A stretch of DNA of 63,414 nt, counting the filler, from Sphacelaria rigidula (lineage: Eukaryota): NCBI GenBank assembly GCA_964200075.2. It is 8 parts of 8 records of this genome, joined end to end, with 100 filler letters (N's around TTAATTAATTAA, not from the genome) between each part and the next. Parts side by side here need not be neighbours in the genome. Positions count along the whole stretch, not along the records: positions 55,577 to 63,414 come from CAXNAA020013294.1; 7 more parts are not named here. One strand, 5' to 3'. A program made the translations under genes and the position numbers. Numbering within the stretch: the stretch's first letter is position 1; each line of letters starts with the position of its first letter. Positions 62,986 to 63,414 of this stretch are shown here, piece after piece. The notes below the pieces were generated by a model. It had not been told where the DNA came from, ran no database searches, and was given only the letters and a program-made list of their open reading frames with translations.

Positions 62986-63414
62986 GCCTACTACTATGAC
63001 ACATCGTGGTAATCGGCAACTCAGTTCTCGTCTTCAAATCCACGTAGCACTCCGATCCGACAAGGTCTAATCAAACGAAATACCAAAGTGTACAGTAGTC
63101 CTACATATCTGTGCAGCCTTTAGTCAAAAGGCATATCCCTTGCTTGAACCAACCACCAATGATGTGACAACCGCCCGCTCGTAACGGAAGAGCCTAGCTT
63201 GACGGTGACGCCAGCCCCGAGATCGGAACAGTACGGTGTTTCACAAACCCCGGTATCACAAAAGACGGACGCGTTGTGAGTTATGAGTCTATTTATTTTG
63301 TCGATGCGGAGAGACTCGGGAAACATTTCCGGGAAGAAAGGGGCGTGGTCGTTGTGGCGACCGTGAAAGGCGAATGAGCGGGAAAAGAGCCGAATGTGTG
63401 GGCGCCATGGTTGG

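Overview
This is eukaryotic, intron-rich and repeat-rich DNA, probably from a brown alga or related stramenopile (an inference from gene content and intron style). It is not one locus. It consists of eight unrelated contigs of decreasing length (7840, 7840, 7840, 7840, 7839, 7839, 7838 and 7838 bp) joined by 100-bp N/TTAATTAATTAA/N spacers, so no linkage can be inferred across the spacers. Spliced host genes I could reconstruct are: a WCRKC-type atypical thioredoxin that the ORF track missed (1530-2146, +); an ankyrin-repeat/coiled-coil protein (5511-7506, +); an Mpv17/PMP22-family membrane protein (12612-15038, +); and four internal exons of a homomeric acetyl-CoA carboxylase, including a GC-AG intron (32056-38120, -). 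The rest is mostly transposon-derived: a degenerate full-length Ty1/copia with both LTRs, a chromovirus nested in the RT of a second Ty3/gypsy, hAT-type non-autonomous elements with 41-bp subterminal arrays, foldback MITEs with 4-bp TSDs, and a tRNA-derived SINE. The most interesting items are the second gypsy's integrase tail, which carries a chromodomain followed by a PWWP/Tudor-like domain, and a 100-bp A-tailed hairpin inserted with a 6-bp TSD into the copia RT. I found no CRISPR array, rRNA gene or intact tRNA gene. All protein calls come from motif recognition by eye, not from database searches.
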